This document shows positions 35,343-37,213 of a stretch of 37,213 nucleotides of DNA, one piece after another. The stretch is from a virus (Duplodnaviria; Heunggongvirae; Uroviricota; Caudoviricetes), in IMG/VR virus record IMGVR_UViG_3300025392_000640, positions 1-37,213 of that record; one strand, written 5' to 3'. Below the pieces are notes generated by a model, which worked only from the letters and a program-made list of their open reading frames with translations, made no database searches and was not told the DNA's origin. Position 1 is the first letter of the stretch. Every line of letters begins with the position of its first letter. Made by a program: the position numbers and the translations under genes.

Positions 35343-35606
35343 TTACTTAGATTTTTTGTTAGCTAATTTATTAAAAGCACTATAGTCACGTCCAGCGTTC
35401 AATACATAATCTCTAGCTTCGTCCAACTTCTTACACTCATCGTATAATGCCGTTTGTAACTTATCACACAAATCCTTTGCTTTCTCAGCCGTTTGTACAA
35501 AATACGATGTATTCATATCCTTAGCATTCTGCTCAGCATCGATTCTATACTTAGTCATACCGTAGTACAACTCATTCAATTCCAATAAACTTAATTCCAA
35601 TTTCAT
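35343..35606 (-). CDS. Hypothetical protein
   Basis: 87-aa helical ORF. Confidence 0.65.
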   Translation of the reverse strand: MKLELSLLELNELYYGMTKYRIDAEQNAKDMNTSYFVQTAEKAKDLCDKLQTALYDECKKLDEARDYVLNAGRDYSAFNKLANKKSK

Positions 35607-35625
35607 ATATATAATTTTTAATTTA

Positions 35626-35651
35626 AAAAGAAAGTACCCATATAGGGTACT
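35626..35651 (-). terminator. Hairpin/terminator
   Basis: AGTACCC-ATATA-GGGTACT with TTCTTTTT on the - strand. Confidence 0.55.
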
Positions 35652-35656
35652 ATTGA

Positions 35657-35956
35657 TTACTTCACTAAATAATTAGCTACAGTAGAGAAACCAGCAGCCG
35701 ATAATTCAGCTTTGATTTCTTTGTGGTACTTCTTAGGGAAACCACCCTTAACGATAGGGTACTCTGCTAAGATAGTATTAATCTTAGTAGATTCAGCCTT
35801 AAACATCTTTAAGAACTCCGAAGCCTTTTTAACGGCCGGCCTGTTCTTACACACGATATTGTGTGTTTTACCTAAGAAGTCCGTAAACGATACGATAACT
35901 TCGAATTTAGGGTTATTACTTAATTTACTAGCGGCGAAATTGTTGTACTGAGTCAT
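35657..35956 (-). CDS. Hypothetical basic protein
   Basis: 99-aa ORF downstream of the 36012-36043 promoter. Confidence 0.7.
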   Translation of the reverse strand: MTQYNNFAASKLSNNPKFEVIVSFTDFLGKTHNIVCKNRPAVKKASEFLKMFKAESTKINTILAEYPIVKGGFPKKYHKEIKAELSAAGFSTVANYLVK

Positions 35957-36011
35957 ATTATAAATTTTTATTATGTGGTGGGGTTATCCCCTTATCATTT
36001 CCTTTACTACA

Positions 36012-36043
36012 TAAAGATAGGGTCATTTAGCTTATCCGCCAAA
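36012..36043 (-). promoter_or_regulatory. Bacteroidota primary-sigma promoter
   Basis: TTTG-N20-TATCTTTA. Confidence 0.7.
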
Positions 36044-36288
36044 TATTAGGGTAAAAATCTTTAGAAATTGTTTCTTGAGAATCAATAGGTTACATATATG
36101 TTTTTTTGTTATATGTAACAGCCTCATACCCAGTATAGGAGTAAACTAACAAAAAGGGGGTTTTGTTAGTATTGGATATAACTTATAGTTTAGGGGCTAA
36201 TCTATTAGTTATTTTTGTTATATGTTGAATAAACTATAAGTTAGTATAATAAACTATAAGAAAAACGGGTCCATCTTCCTTCACCAGT

Positions 36289-36373
36289 GGAACATCTGGT
36301 ACATCTGGAACAAGTGGTACTAATTGTAGGAACATGAGGAACATGAGGAACATTGGGTACAACTGGGACCGGC
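36289..36373. repeat. Degenerate 9-bp tandem repeat (GGWACAnnn), non-coding
   Basis: ggaacatct ggtacatct ggaacaagt ggtactaat ... ggaacatga ggaacatga ggaacattg ggtacaact gggaccggc. Confidence 0.75.
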
Positions 36374-36375
36374 AT

Positions 36376-36407
36376 AAAAAAAGGATACCCAATGTGGATA
36401 TCCTCTT
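36376..36407 (-). terminator. Rho-independent terminator after the small lipoprotein
   Basis: - strand AGGATATCC-ACATT-GGGTATCCT followed by a T-run. Confidence 0.75.
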
Positions 36408-36433
36408 AATAAATTTACTAACCTTCTAAAAGA

Positions 36434-36592
36434 TTACTTAGTAGCTGTTGTATCAACTGCTGCTTTAGCCGTATCAGCTTTAGCTGTTGTATCAGTTGTT
36501 ACTGCTGTTGAATCAGCTTTAGGAGCTGTACTAGCACCACCACAAGCCACTAATGATGTAGCGATAGCTACAATTGCGATTACTTTCTTCAT
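36434..36592 (-). CDS. Small Bacteroidota-style lipoprotein (52 aa)
   Basis: Start moved to MKKVIAIVAIATSLVA|CGG (lipobox); low-complexity Thr/Ala/Asp tail. Confidence 0.75.
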   Translation of the reverse strand: MKKVIAIVAIATSLVACGGASTAPKADSTAVTTDTTAKADTAKAAVDTTATK

Positions 36593-36667
36593 CTGTCTAT
36601 TGTTTTGTTTAATTAAATACTTTGTTATAACCTTACTTAAATATAAGGATTGAGAAAAATTGGTATT

Positions 36668-36704
36668 AGGACCGGCCGGGCAGGCCAATGCTATAGCCGG
36701 TCCT
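36668..36704. other. GC-rich intergenic inverted repeat
   Basis: AGGACCGGC (36668-36676)/GCCGGTCCT (36696-36704). Confidence 0.6.
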
Positions 36705-36716
36705 TTACCGATTATC

Positions 36717-36911
36717 TTATCCTAACCACTCTTTCTTAATCGCCTTAGCTGCTCTTAAGCTAGTTGCGTATTGTGAATACAATTCACCATCTTCACTCAC
36801 ACGTACTCTATACGATACAGTGCCTGATGGACGAGTGATTTTTTGAATGTTTGCTGCTACTGTTTCATAAACATTCGTTCTTTGTGCTGCTTTACGTTGG
36901 TTCTTAGCCAT
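36717..36911 (-). CDS. Small basic protein, possible AP2/integrase-arm-like DNA-binding domain
   Basis: Start probably MAKNQRK (36911); SYRVRVSEDGELYSQYATSLRAAKAIKKEW beta-beta-alpha pattern. Confidence 0.55.
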   Translation of the reverse strand: MAKNQRKAAQRTNVYETVAANIQKITRPSGTVSYRVRVSEDGELYSQYATSLRAAKAIKKEWLG

Positions 36912-37008
36912 TTTATTTGTGTTAGTTATTATCCCACTAACGAGGGGTTTTAATGAATTGGGACCACTTAATAAGGGAGGGTCTCCATACATAATCCCTG
37001 TAAGAATG

Positions 37009-37040
37009 TAAAGATACGAAATTAATTCGAATCCACCAAA
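37009..37040 (-). promoter_or_regulatory. Bacteroidota primary-sigma promoter
   Basis: TTTG-N20-TATCTTTA. Confidence 0.75.
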
Positions 37041-37048
37041 TTTATTTT

Positions 37049-37213
37049 TTAATCTTCATTTTCAGCCGGCTCTAAGGGCACAATACCGTTAGCATCCAAC
37101 TCTTTAATGATTGATTTCTCACCTTTAGCGATAGTACCTTCAGCCACATATACATCTAAGGTAGCAATACACTTCTCTCTATTGATATACTTTTTACCTA
37201 TAATATCCTCAAA
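37049..37213 (-). CDS. Hypothetical protein (partial; start beyond the window)
   Basis: Open frame FEDIIGKKYINREKCIATLDVYVAEG...PAENED*. Confidence 0.6.
   Translation of the reverse strand, partial: FEDIIGKKYINREKCIATLDVYVAEGTIAKGEKSIIKELDANGIVPLEPAENED

Noticed and set aside
4584-35951. Antisense shadow ORFs (4584, 5640, 10520, 13642, 17145, 17529, 19280, 22191, 26691, 29388, 29605, 30125, 31237, 31431, 32304, 33455, 35712) and same-strand off-frame 28177..28359
   Set aside because: Each lies opposite or within a better-supported gene and has no recognisable motif.
36289-36373. CRISPR array
   Set aside because: Units are 9 bp, contiguous and degenerate, with no unique spacers and no cas genes.
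36393-36401. Third DnaA-box-like sequence (ATATCCACA)
   Set aside because: It has a mismatch and is explained as part of the terminator stem and loop after the lipoprotein gene.
1-37213. Alternative genetic code (stop-codon reassignment)
   Set aside because: Long conserved genes translate intact under the standard code, and TAG is used as a real terminal stop (e.g. 29086, 33046).

Overview
AT-rich, gene-dense window with almost all genes on the - strand. It is most consistent with part of a large lytic phage of a Bacteroidota host. Evidence: eleven promoters match the Bacteroidota primary-sigma consensus (TTTG-N20-TAnnTTTG/A) with exactly 20-nt spacing; the gene set is phage-typical (gp55-like sigma factor, ThyA, PhoH, Hsp20, UvsE, HD protein, SF2 helicase, DUF3310, GIY-YIG, 2OG-Fe(II) oxygenase); no host housekeeping operons are seen. 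No capsid, terminase or integrase gene lies in this window, so phage identity is an inference. Main highlights: (1) a 7.8-kb tandem array of about 20 highly diverged paralogous ~100-120 aa genes sharing an 'MLTIKN' N-terminus and a conserved DNA start motif (ATGCTAACAAT) that also supplies the upstream gene's stop codon at several junctions; (2) a 174-nt tRNA-shaped non-coding RNA with a compensated elbow pair, a 19-nt anticodon-position loop and a 94-nt structured variable region, next to a tRNA minihelix; (3) a full-length TonB-dependent receptor behind a leader-peptide/terminator attenuator-like element; (4) a peptide deformylase homolog that has lost its metal ligands. Family assignments come from motif recognition by eye; no database searches or folding programs were run.
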